Below are positions 14,873 to 22,551 of a stretch of DNA of 39,795 bases, in pieces. This stretch comes from Chloroflexota bacterium (GTDB taxonomy: Bacteria > Chloroflexota > Limnocylindria > Limnocylindrales > CSP1-4): contig JAJYKX010000002.1 of NCBI GenBank assembly GCA_021788175.1, positions 1-39,795 of the forward strand, read 5' to 3'. The notes under the pieces are model-generated. The model worked only from the letters and a program-made list of their open reading frames with translations. It ran no database searches and had not been told where the DNA came from. Made by a program: the position numbers and the translations under genes. Numbering within the stretch: position 1 is the first letter of the stretch; each line of letters starts with the position of its first letter.

Positions 14873-15658
14873 TCAGCTGGCCTGCGGGGCACGCGGTCCC
14901 ACCCAGCGCGCCGAGAGCGTGGCCCCCTGGATCAGCAGCGCCGCCGCCACGGCCGCCCCGAAGGACGCCGCGATGCCGAGCGGGAGCAGTGAGAGGTTGA
15001 TCACGGCGAAGAACCCGGAGAAGGCGAAGAGTCCCACCAGGAGCCCGCGGAGGACGTCCATCGCCTGCTCGGGCCCCTCCAGGTGGTGGGTGAAGCCGGC
15101 CAGCACGGCGGCATAGACGGGGAACGCCGCGATGAGCCCGGTGGCGTGCGGGCCCAGCGCCGGCGCCGCGGCGGCCAGGGCGATGACGATCGCGGTCCCC
15201 ACGATCATGCGCGCGGGAAGATCCCATGCCGGGTGTTCGGCACCGCCGCGCGGCAGGCGCGAGGACGGGATCAGGCGCAGCGAGAGGCCGAGCACGAGCC
15301 CCACCACGAGGAGCTCTCCCGCGAGCGGCAGGAGCAGGGCCGGCTGGATGGCGAGGGAGGCGGCCACGTACCCGAGCGATCCGGCGACGAGCGCCAGCGG
15401 CCAGGAGACGCGGTGCCCGACGGCCGCGTAGGCCAGGCAGAAGCCGGCCTCGGCCGCGGCGCCGGCGATCGACCCGATCGAAGCCGACACGGCGAAGGCC
15501 CGGCCGTGGTCGAGGGCGAGGAAGAACGCGAGCGGACCGGAGGTGAGCGGGAGCCCGACCAGCCAGCCGCCCACGGCGGGCCCCCAGCGCCTGGCGGCGA
15601 GCGTCGCCGCGCCGATCAGGCTCGGTGTCAGGATCAGCTTGAGCAGGAGCGTCGCCAC
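14873..15658 (-). CDS. Uncharacterised polytopic membrane protein (paralogue B)
   Basis: GTG 15658. The N-terminus LKLILTPSLIGAATLAARRWGPAVGGWLVGLPLTSGP and the segment WDLPARMIVGTAIVIALAAAAPALGPHATGLIAAFPV mirror paralogue A block for block. Confidence 0.7.
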   Translation of the reverse strand: MATLLLKLILTPSLIGAATLAARRWGPAVGGWLVGLPLTSGPLAFFLALDHGRAFAVSASIGSIAGAAAEAGFCLAYAAVGHRVSWPLALVAGSLGYVAASLAIQPALLLPLAGELLVVGLVLGLSLRLIPSSRLPRGGAEHPAWDLPARMIVGTAIVIALAAAAPALGPHATGLIAAFPVYAAVLAGFTHHLEGPEQAMDVLRGLLVGLFAFSGFFAVINLSLLPLGIAASFGAAVAAALLIQGATLSARWVGPRAPQAS

Positions 15659-15702
15659 GCCGCCAAGCGTAGCGCCGCCACCGCCAGCGCGCGGCCGCGC
15701 AG

Positions 15703-15744
15703 CCCGGTCAACGGCCGGCGACGCCCGGTCAGCGGCCGGCGACG
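15703..15744. repeat. 21-bp tandem direct repeat, 2 copies
   Basis: CCCGGTCAACGGCCGGCGACG (15703-15723) is followed by CCCGGTCAGCGGCCGGCGACG (15724-15744). The pair is flanked by two copies of CAGCGCGCGGCCGCGC at 15685-15700 and 15757-15772. The position is intergenic, between two minus-strand genes. Confidence 0.8.
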
Positions 15745-15755
15745 CCGCCCCTCCG

Positions 15756-18092
15756 TCAGCGCGCGGCCGCGCTGCCCCGTTCGGCCTCCGCCTGGTCCCG
15801 GATGGTCTGCCTGGCGGCCGCCGCCGGCGGGAGGATCTCCACCGTCGCGTTGTAGTCGGGCACCAGTGCCACCGGGTCGCGCCGCCCGGAGCGGATCAGC
15901 GGGTTGGCCTCCGGGAAGAACATCTGGACGTTGCGGGGCTTGATCGCCGCGAGCTGCACCCGCGCGTGCACCTCGCCGTCGTCGGAGCGCACGAGCACCG
16001 GATCGCCCTCGGCGAGCCCCAGCGCGGCCGCGTCGTCGTGGCTCATGAAGAGGGCGTCGCGATGCGCCCCGGTGAGCGGATCCCGCTTCTTGAACACCAT
16101 CGAGTTGAACTGCTTGCCGCGCCGAGTGGAGAGGCGGAACCGTCCCTCCGGGATCGCCAGTTCCGGCGGTTCCACGGGGTCGAAGTGCGCCTTCCCGTCC
16201 GGTGTCGGGAAGACCCAGCCGTCGCACAGCCGCTCGCCGCCCCACTGGACCTGGTCACCCGCCCTGCGCAGCTTCTCGATCCCCGCGTACGAGGGGATGA
16301 CCCGCGCGATCTCGTCGCGGACCTGCTGGCCGGTGCGGAAGTCGACCAGGTGTGCCCGCTCAGGGTCCACCCGCTTCGCCAGGTCGACCAGGATCTCCCA
16401 CTCGCTCCGGGCCTCGCCCACGCGTGGCCCCCGGATCCGGGGGCTGAACAGGATGCGGCGCTCGGTGGTCGTCTCGGTGCCGCCGCCCGGCTGCTCGTAG
16501 CGGGTGCGCGCCGGCAGGAGGAGGACCTCCTCGCCGTCGAGGAGCATCTGGGAGCTGACCACGATGTCCTGGTGGACCCGCAGCGGCACTCGCTCGAGGT
16601 CCCGGGCGACCTCGGCGGGGTCGGGGAGCACGTCCAGGAAGTTGCCGCCGCTCGAGTAGAGGACGTCGATCTCGCCGCGTCCGCCGGCCTCCACCATCTC
16701 GGCGGCCGAGAGCCCGCGCTCCCCGCGGATCTCGAAGCCGTACTGGGCGGAGAGCGCGGCCGCGCTCGCCGGCGTGATGGGCACGGCGCCCGGCAGGACC
16801 GTGGTGTAGGCGCCCATCTCCGCGCCGCCCTGCACGCCCGAGTGCCCGCGCATCGGCATCAGCCCGGCCCCCACGCGGCCCACGTTGCCGCGCGCCAGCG
16901 CCAGGTTGACCATGGCGCGGACGTTGTCGCTGCCGCAGACGTGCTGGGTGATCCCCATTGCCCAGACGAGCACGGCGCTGCGGGCGGAGGCGTACATCCG
17001 CGCGAAGCGCGCCATCTCCTCCCGGGATGCGCCGCTGGCCCGCTCCAGGTCCTCGAAGGACTGCCGGTCCAGCGAGGCGCGCAGCTCCTCGAAGCCCGCC
17101 GCGTGGTCGGCGATGAACCGCTCGTCGACGCCGCCCTCCGCGATCAGCACCTTGAGGACGCCGTTGATGAAGGCCATGTCGCCGCCGGTGTCGACCTCGA
17201 ACCACTCGTCGGTCATGCGGGTGCCGAAGATCGCGCTCTCGACGTTGGACGGGACCCAGTACCGCTCCATCCCGGGTTCGCGGTAGGGGTTGACCATGGC
17301 GACCTTCGTGCCGCCCTTGCGCGCCAGGTAGAGGTACTTCATGAAGACGGGCTGCGCGTTCGCCACGTCCGCCCCGAAGATGACCACCAGGTCGCTCTGC
17401 AGGACGTCGCTGTAGGAGATGGTGGTGGCGCCCACCCCCAGCGCGTGCTTCAGGCCGGCCGTCGAGGGGGCGTGACAGACGCGGGCCGCGTTGTCGATGT
17501 TGTTGGTGCCCAGGAACCGGGCCACCTTCTGGGCGACGTAGTAGACCTCGTTGGTGATCCCGCGACTGGTCAGGTAGAAAGCCAGCCGATCCGGGGTGGT
17601 GGCCCGGATCCGGCCCGCCACCAGGTCGAGCGCCTGGTCCCACGTGACGCGCCGGAAGCCCGGCTCGCCGCGGCGCCGGAGCATCGGATAGGCGAGCCGG
17701 CCCATGTCGCGCAGCTCGGCCCCGCTCATGGCCCGCAGCGGGGCGACGTCCGACAGGCGGTCGTGGTCGAAGGGGCGCGCCGTGTTGTACTTGAGCAGGC
17801 TCAGGCGCGTGGTGCACAGGTGGACGCTGTCGATGGTCCAGTCGTGGAAGCCGCTCACCCCCAGCGCGCAGCCGTCGCAGACGCCCTCGCGCAGGATGCG
17901 CAGCGCGTAGGGCAGGGCACGCCGGTTGTCCCAGACGGTCTCGGCGATCTCCCGGTAGTGATTCGGCTTCAGCTCTCCGATCCCGTTCGGTTTCCAGCCT
18001 GCCCACAGCTCCGGCGCGACCAGCCGGGGTCGCTTCGGCACGTGCACCGGCAGGTGCGCGCGCGGTTGATCCGACGACGGATGGACGGTCAT
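15756..18092 (-). CDS. FdhF/YdeP-family molybdopterin oxidoreductase
   Basis: GGAGG lies 6 nt upstream of ATG 18092. The YdeP-type N-terminus reads WAGWKPNGIGELKPNHYREI. A Cys cluster (GVCDGCALG) and molybdopterin-oxidoreductase blocks follow along the full 778 aa. Confidence 0.85.
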   Translation of the reverse strand: MTVHPSSDQPRAHLPVHVPKRPRLVAPELWAGWKPNGIGELKPNHYREIAETVWDNRRALPYALRILREGVCDGCALGVSGFHDWTIDSVHLCTTRLSLLKYNTARPFDHDRLSDVAPLRAMSGAELRDMGRLAYPMLRRRGEPGFRRVTWDQALDLVAGRIRATTPDRLAFYLTSRGITNEVYYVAQKVARFLGTNNIDNAARVCHAPSTAGLKHALGVGATTISYSDVLQSDLVVIFGADVANAQPVFMKYLYLARKGGTKVAMVNPYREPGMERYWVPSNVESAIFGTRMTDEWFEVDTGGDMAFINGVLKVLIAEGGVDERFIADHAAGFEELRASLDRQSFEDLERASGASREEMARFARMYASARSAVLVWAMGITQHVCGSDNVRAMVNLALARGNVGRVGAGLMPMRGHSGVQGGAEMGAYTTVLPGAVPITPASAAALSAQYGFEIRGERGLSAAEMVEAGGRGEIDVLYSSGGNFLDVLPDPAEVARDLERVPLRVHQDIVVSSQMLLDGEEVLLLPARTRYEQPGGGTETTTERRILFSPRIRGPRVGEARSEWEILVDLAKRVDPERAHLVDFRTGQQVRDEIARVIPSYAGIEKLRRAGDQVQWGGERLCDGWVFPTPDGKAHFDPVEPPELAIPEGRFRLSTRRGKQFNSMVFKKRDPLTGAHRDALFMSHDDAAALGLAEGDPVLVRSDDGEVHARVQLAAIKPRNVQMFFPEANPLIRSGRRDPVALVPDYNATVEILPPAAAARQTIRDQAEAERGSAAAR

Positions 18093-18093
18093 G

Positions 18094-18945
18094 TCAGACC
18101 TCCAGCTCGATGCGCTCGGGATGCGCGTAGACGTTGAAGCCGTCGCCCCTGAGGAAGCCGACCAGCGTCATCCCCAGCCGGTCGGCGGCCTCGACGGCGA
18201 GGTCGGTCGGCGCCGACACGGCGCAGGTGACGGGGATGCCGGCCATGGCGGCCTTCTGGACGATCTCGAAGCTGACCCGCCCCGAGACCATCAGGACGGC
18301 GTGGTGGAGTGGCAGGCGGCCGTCGAGCAGCATCGCGCCGACCAGCTTGTCAAGCGCGTTGTGGCGGCCCACGTCCTCGCGCACGGCCAGCAGGTCCCCG
18401 GACGGGTCGAAGAGACCGGCCGCGTGGAGGCCGCCGGTCGCGTCGAAGACGGGCTGTGCCGAGCGGAGCGCCACCGGCAGGCGCAGCAGGGTGGTGCGGG
18501 TCACCGGCGATCCGGCCGGCAGGATCGGGCACCGCGTCTGCACGGCGTCCAGCGAGGCCTTGCCGCAGATCCCGCAGCTGGCGGTCGCGGCGAAGTTGCG
18601 GCTCGTGACCAGGGCGGGATCCAGCGGCCGGGCGAGCCGGACCGTGATCACGTTGTCCGGCCGGGCCACGGTGCCCGGGTCGCCGAGTTCGATGCCGGCC
18701 ACGTCCCCAGGGCCGACCAGGCCCTCGGTGCACAGGAAGCCGACGGCGAGCTCCTCGTCGCGGCCCGGCGTCCGCATGGTGACCGCGATGGAGACGGGCT
18801 CCTGCCCCGGCCCTGCCGCCCGGATCTCCATCGGTTCCTCGCCGGCGATCGTGTCGGGGCGCCGGGACACGGCGGTCCCGCGGACGGCGAGCGTCCGAGT
18901 CTCGACGACTTCCCGGCTCGGCGAGGGGAGCCTGGTCAACACCAT
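18094..18945 (-). CDS. fdhD: Formate dehydrogenase accessory sulfurtransferase FdhD
   Basis: Motifs present: SCGICGKASLD, GGLHAAGLF, EDVGRHNALDKLVGAML, SGRVSFEIVQKAAMAGIP. The stop lies 1 nt from the start of the YdeP-type gene. Confidence 0.9.
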   Translation of the reverse strand: MVLTRLPSPSREVVETRTLAVRGTAVSRRPDTIAGEEPMEIRAAGPGQEPVSIAVTMRTPGRDEELAVGFLCTEGLVGPGDVAGIELGDPGTVARPDNVITVRLARPLDPALVTSRNFAATASCGICGKASLDAVQTRCPILPAGSPVTRTTLLRLPVALRSAQPVFDATGGLHAAGLFDPSGDLLAVREDVGRHNALDKLVGAMLLDGRLPLHHAVLMVSGRVSFEIVQKAAMAGIPVTCAVSAPTDLAVEAADRLGMTLVGFLRGDGFNVYAHPERIELEV

Positions 18946-19018
18946 GCTGCCTCGGGACGTGTGGCCTGAGCGGGTACTCGGCTCGGTGCCGGCGCCGGAG
19001 GGGCGACCGGTGCATTCG

Positions 19019-19024
19019 ACTATA
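19019..19024 (-). promoter_or_regulatory. Candidate -10 box (TATAGT on the minus strand) for the fdhD operon
   Basis: The plus-strand sequence ACTATA at 19019-19024 lies in an AT-rich patch about 75 nt upstream of the fdhD ATG at 18945. The same hexamer recurs at two other candidate promoters in this window. Confidence 0.3.
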
Positions 19025-19151
19025 GCCCTATCTGCATATCCCCGCCTTCCCTCGCCTTCCTGCCCGTCCGCCTGCCCCGGGAGCGCAGACGCGGTACCGT
19101 GAGCCGGCAGGGCGATCGTGCCCGCAGCGAGTCACGGGGGAAGCGGCACGG

Positions 19152-19436
19152 ATGGACGGAACCTCGGAGACGCAGGGCCTCAACCTGGACGCGTGGGTGG
19201 CACTCCTGCAGGCGGTCCCGGGCCTCGAATCCGCCCGGATCACGCGCGATGAGCAGCGCGCGCTGCTCGACCTGACCCGGGTGGCCGCCCACCGCAGCGA
19301 GCGGATCGCGGCGCCGATCACCGCGTTCCTGGTGGGGCTGGCGCTTGCCCCGCTCGAGCCCGAGGCCCGCGCGGGGAAGATCCGCGAGCTCGCGATCCGC
19401 CTGGACGCGGGGGAGGGCGCCTCGTCCGGCGCGTAG
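19152..19436 (+). CDS. Small DUF6457-like protein (family often next to fdhD/mobA in actinobacteria, from memory)
   Basis: 94 aa. The segment LDAWVALLQAVPGLESARITRDEQRALLDLTRVAAHRSERIAAPITAFLVGLA fits that family pattern as I recall it. The gene is divergent from fdhD. Confidence 0.55.
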   Translation: MDGTSETQGLNLDAWVALLQAVPGLESARITRDEQRALLDLTRVAAHRSERIAAPITAFLVGLALAPLEPEARAGKIRELAIRLDAGEGASSGA

Positions 19437-19488
19437 CCGGGCGAGAGGGCTCCGCCGGCAGGCCGGGCGGGACCGTCGTCCGGCCCCC

Positions 19489-19494
19489 TACACT
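19489..19494 (+). promoter_or_regulatory. Candidate -10 box (TACACT, TANNNT type) placed for a leaderless or near-leaderless transcript
   Basis: TACACT ends 8 nt before ATG 19503, and there is no SD sequence between them. Confidence 0.35.
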
Positions 19495-19502
19495 GGCCGA
19501 TC

Positions 19503-20279
19503 ATGCGCACCGTGACCGCCACGCGCTACGTCGCCCCGCTGCGGGAGGGCGGGTCGTTGCCGGCCATCGTCGAGGCCGACGACGATGGTCTGTACGTGGT
19601 CAAGTTCCGGGGCGCGGGCCACGGCACGAAGGCGCTGGTGGCGGAGCTGGTCGCCGGCGAGATCGGCCGCGCCCTCGGGCTGCTCGTCCCCGACATCGTG
19701 TTCGTGGAGCTCGACCCGGAGCTGGCGAGCGCCGAGCCCGACCCGGAGATCCAGGAGCTGCTGGCCCGGAGCGCCGGGCGCAACGTGGGCCTGGACTTCC
19801 TGCCCGGTGCGCTTGGCTTCGATCCTGCCGCAGGGTTCCGGCCGGATCCGGGCCTCGCCGCGGACGTCGTCTGGTTCGACGCGCTGGTGACGAACGTGGA
19901 CCGCTCCGCGCGCAACACGAACCTGCTGGTCTGGCACCGGCGGCTCTGGCTGATCGACCACGGGTCGGCGCTCTACGTCCATCACGGATGGCGGAACGCG
20001 GCCGAGCATGCGCTCCGCCCCTTCCCGCAGAGCCGCGACCACGTGCTGCTGCCCTTCGCCGCCTCGCTGTCGGACGCCGACGCGCGCCTCGCGCCCGTCC
20101 TGGGCCGGGAGCTGTTCCGGGCGATCCTGGCGGAGATCCCGGACGACTGGCTGGCCGGCGAGCCCGGGCTGCCCGACCCGGAGAGCCACCGCCGGGCCTA
20201 TCTCGACTACCTGTGCCGCCGGCTGGCGGCACCGCGGGCGTTCGTCGAGGAGGCGGAGCGTGCCAGGCTCGCCGCGTAG
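19503..20279 (+). CDS. HipA-like small serine/threonine kinase family protein
   Basis: Blocks present: YVAPLREGGSLPAIVEADDDGLYVVKFRGAGHG, a catalytic-loop-like NVDRSARNTNLLV, and WLIDHGSAL. The length and motifs match the short HipA-family kinases that I recall being paired with DUF3037. Confidence 0.7.
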   Translation: MRTVTATRYVAPLREGGSLPAIVEADDDGLYVVKFRGAGHGTKALVAELVAGEIGRALGLLVPDIVFVELDPELASAEPDPEIQELLARSAGRNVGLDFLPGALGFDPAAGFRPDPGLAADVVWFDALVTNVDRSARNTNLLVWHRRLWLIDHGSALYVHHGWRNAAEHALRPFPQSRDHVLLPFAASLSDADARLAPVLGRELFRAILAEIPDDWLAGEPGLPDPESHRRAYLDYLCRRLAAPRAFVEEAERARLAA

Positions 20280-20673
20280 CCCGTTCGTCTACACGATCCT
20301 GCGGGTGGTGCCCCACGTGGAGCGCGGGGAGTGCATCAACGCGGGGATCCTGCTCTGGTGCCGCTCGCGACGGTTCCTCGGGGCCCGCGTCCACCTGGAC
20401 GAGGCACGCCTCGCCGTCCTGGCACCGGACTGTGACCCGGTCGCGGTCCGGGCGCAGCTGGATGCGATCCTGCGGGTTGCGTCGGGAGACCGCACCGCGG
20501 GGCCCATCGCCCGCCTCGCCCGGCCGGAGCGTTTCCACTGGCTCTCGTCGCCCAGCAGCACGATCGTGCAGCGCTCCGAGATCCACACCGGCCTGACCGA
20601 CGACCCCGGGGCCACGCTCGAGCACCTGCACCGGACGCTGGTGCTGCCACCCGGCGAGGGGACGGGCCCGTGA
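20260..20673 (+). CDS. DUF3037-family protein
   Basis: GAGGAGG (20247-20253) lies 6 nt before GTG 20260, which is 20 nt inside the 3' end of the kinase gene. Family-like blocks: FVYTILRVVPHVERGECINAGILLW and RFHWLSSPSSTIVQRSEIHTG. Confidence 0.7.
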   Translation: MPGSPRSPFVYTILRVVPHVERGECINAGILLWCRSRRFLGARVHLDEARLAVLAPDCDPVAVRAQLDAILRVASGDRTAGPIARLARPERFHWLSSPSSTIVQRSEIHTGLTDDPGATLEHLHRTLVLPPGEGTGP

Positions 20674-21458
20674 CAGCCTCCCGCCGCCCACCCGGCGAGG
20701 ATCCCGGGGCCAGGCGCCCGGTGGCCCGCGGGGCGTCCCACGCGATCACCCACCGGGTGGACGGCGCGCTGGCCCGCGGGGCATCCGACGCGATGGCCCG
20801 CGCGGTGTCCGCGGTCGTCTTCGACCTGGGCGGCGTGCTGATCGACTGGAACCCGCGCCACCTCTACCGCCGCGTCTTCGGCGGAGACGCCGCGGCCATG
20901 GAGCGGTTCCTCGCCGAGGTGTGCACCCCGGAGTGGAACGCCCGGCAGGACGCCGGGCGGCCCTGGCCGGACGCCATCGCCGAGCTCGTGGAGCGGCACC
21001 CCGAGGCGCGCGACCTGATCGTCGCGTACGACGAGCGCTGGGAGGAGATGCTCGGAGGCCCGATCGACGGGAGCGTGGAGGTCCTGCGCGACCTGAGCGC
21101 CGCCGGCGTGCCCGTCTACGCCCTGAGCAACTGGTCGGCCGGGAAGTTCCCCGTCGCCCGGGCGCGCTACCCGTTCCTGGGCTGGTTCCGCGACGTCGTC
21201 ATCTCGGGCGAGGTGGGCATGGTCAAGCCCGATCCGGCGATCTTCCGCCTGCTGCTGGATCGCCATGGACTGCGCCCGGCGGCCACGGCGTACATCGACG
21301 ACACCGAGGCGAACGTGCAGGTTGCCCGCTCGCTTGGCATGGTCGGGATCCGGTTCGAGAGCGCGCGGCAGCTGCGCGCCGAGCTGGCCGCGCTGGGCCT
21401 GCTCGGGCAGGCGGCCGCCGACGTCGGCGTGCCCGGCCTGGCTCCCCCGGGACCGTAG
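20670..21458 (+). CDS. HAD-superfamily hydrolase (subfamily IA-like)
   Basis: HAD motifs: VVFDLGGVLIDW (motif I), ALSNW, GMVKPD, YIDDTEANV. GTG 20670 overlaps the upstream stop (GTGA), GAGGGGA lies 8 nt upstream, and third positions are G/C-rich through the extension. ATG 20793 (MARAVSAVVFDLGG) is an alternative start. Confidence 0.8.
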   Translation: MTASRRPPGEDPGARRPVARGASHAITHRVDGALARGASDAMARAVSAVVFDLGGVLIDWNPRHLYRRVFGGDAAAMERFLAEVCTPEWNARQDAGRPWPDAIAELVERHPEARDLIVAYDERWEEMLGGPIDGSVEVLRDLSAAGVPVYALSNWSAGKFPVARARYPFLGWFRDVVISGEVGMVKPDPAIFRLLLDRHGLRPAATAYIDDTEANVQVARSLGMVGIRFESARQLRAELAALGLLGQAAADVGVPGLAPPGP

Positions 21459-21468
21459 AATCCGGCCG

Positions 21469-22509
21469 ATGGGCGGTCATCCGGACCCGATCGCGTCAAC
21501 TCGACGACGACCGCCGCTCGCCGCCCCATTCGGGCGCTCCCACCTGCGCCGCTGGCTCGCGATGGTCGTGGCCGTCTTCCTGGTGGGCACCCTGGGCTAC
21601 GTCGTGATCGAGGGCTGGTCGCCGTTCGATGCCTTCTACATGACGGCCATCACGGTCACCACGGTGGGCTTCCGGGAAGTCGGCCCGCTCGATGTCGCGG
21701 GTCGCGTGTGGACCGTGCTGCTCGCGGTGGTGGGCGTGGCCCTGCTGTTCGGGTTCGTGGGGATCGTGGCGGAGTCGCTGGTGGTGGACGCGACCAGCGG
21801 GGAGCGGGAGGCTCGACGGATGGCGCGGACCGTGGAGGCGCTGCGCGGGCACTTCGTGCTCTGCGGGTATGGCCGGGTCGGATCGACGGTGGCGCGCGAG
21901 CTGCGCCACGACGGCGAGGCGGTGGTGGTCATCGACATCCTGCCGGCCTCGCTCGACCGGGCGCGCGCCGACGGGTTCCTGGTGGTCGAGGGGGACGCCA
22001 CCAACGACGCCACCCTGCACGCGGCCGGGATCGAGCGGGCGCGCGGCCTGATCACCACGATCGACTCCGACGCGAACAACGTCTACGTGATCCTCTCGGC
22101 GCGGGCGATCAACCGCGGCCTCTTCGTCGTGGGGCGGGCCAACGCGGCCGGATCGGAGGCCAAGCTCGCGCAGGCGGGCGCGGACCGGGTGGTCTCGCCC
22201 TACACCATGGCCGGGCACCGCATCGCCAGCCTCGCCATGCGGCCGCGAGTGGTCGACTACATCGACGCCGCGCTCTCCCACGGCGAGCTCGCCTTCTCGC
22301 TGGAGGAGGTCACGGCGCGCGATGGTGATTCGATCGCCGGCTGCACCGTCGGCGAGCTGCGGGACCGGGGGATCTTCACCCTGGCCGTGGTGCGCGAGGG
22401 AGGCGGCTACGCCGCCAATCCCGGTCCGGAGCGCCGCCTCGCGCCCGGAGAGACGCTGATCGTGTCGGGCAGCGCGGACACGCTTGCCTCGCTGCGGGGC
22501 AACGGCTGA
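21469..22509 (+). CDS. Two-TM potassium-channel homologue with RCK (TrkA-N/TrkA-C) gating domains
   Basis: ATG 21469. Order of elements: TM1 WLAMVVAVFLVGTLGYVVI, pore region FDAFYMTAITVTTVGFREVGP, TM2 VWTVLLAVVGVALLFGFVGIV, Rossmann motif HFVLCGYGRVGSTVAREL, then a TrkA-C-like C-terminus. Confidence 0.85.
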   Translation: MGGHPDPIASTRRRPPLAAPFGRSHLRRWLAMVVAVFLVGTLGYVVIEGWSPFDAFYMTAITVTTVGFREVGPLDVAGRVWTVLLAVVGVALLFGFVGIVAESLVVDATSGEREARRMARTVEALRGHFVLCGYGRVGSTVARELRHDGEAVVVIDILPASLDRARADGFLVVEGDATNDATLHAAGIERARGLITTIDSDANNVYVILSARAINRGLFVVGRANAAGSEAKLAQAGADRVVSPYTMAGHRIASLAMRPRVVDYIDAALSHGELAFSLEEVTARDGDSIAGCTVGELRDRGIFTLAVVREGGGYAANPGPERRLAPGETLIVSGSADTLASLRGNG

Positions 22510-22551
22510 GCGGGAGCGAGCCGGCCGGCTGAGCCGGAACGGGCGGGACGG

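Noticed and set aside
19215-19240. T-loop-like GAATCC string checked as a possible tRNA fragment
   Set aside because: It lies inside a well-supported CDS, has no flanking acceptor or anticodon stems, and lacks the GTTCGAATC consensus. I found no tRNA, rRNA or other known RNA gene in the window.
19152-20279. Reading the kinase locus as a canonical hipBA toxin-antitoxin module
   Set aside because: There is no HipB-like helix-turn-helix gene upstream; the preceding gene is DUF6457-like. The kinase is much shorter than HipA, and the small partner lies downstream. It is reported instead as an uncharacterised pair.
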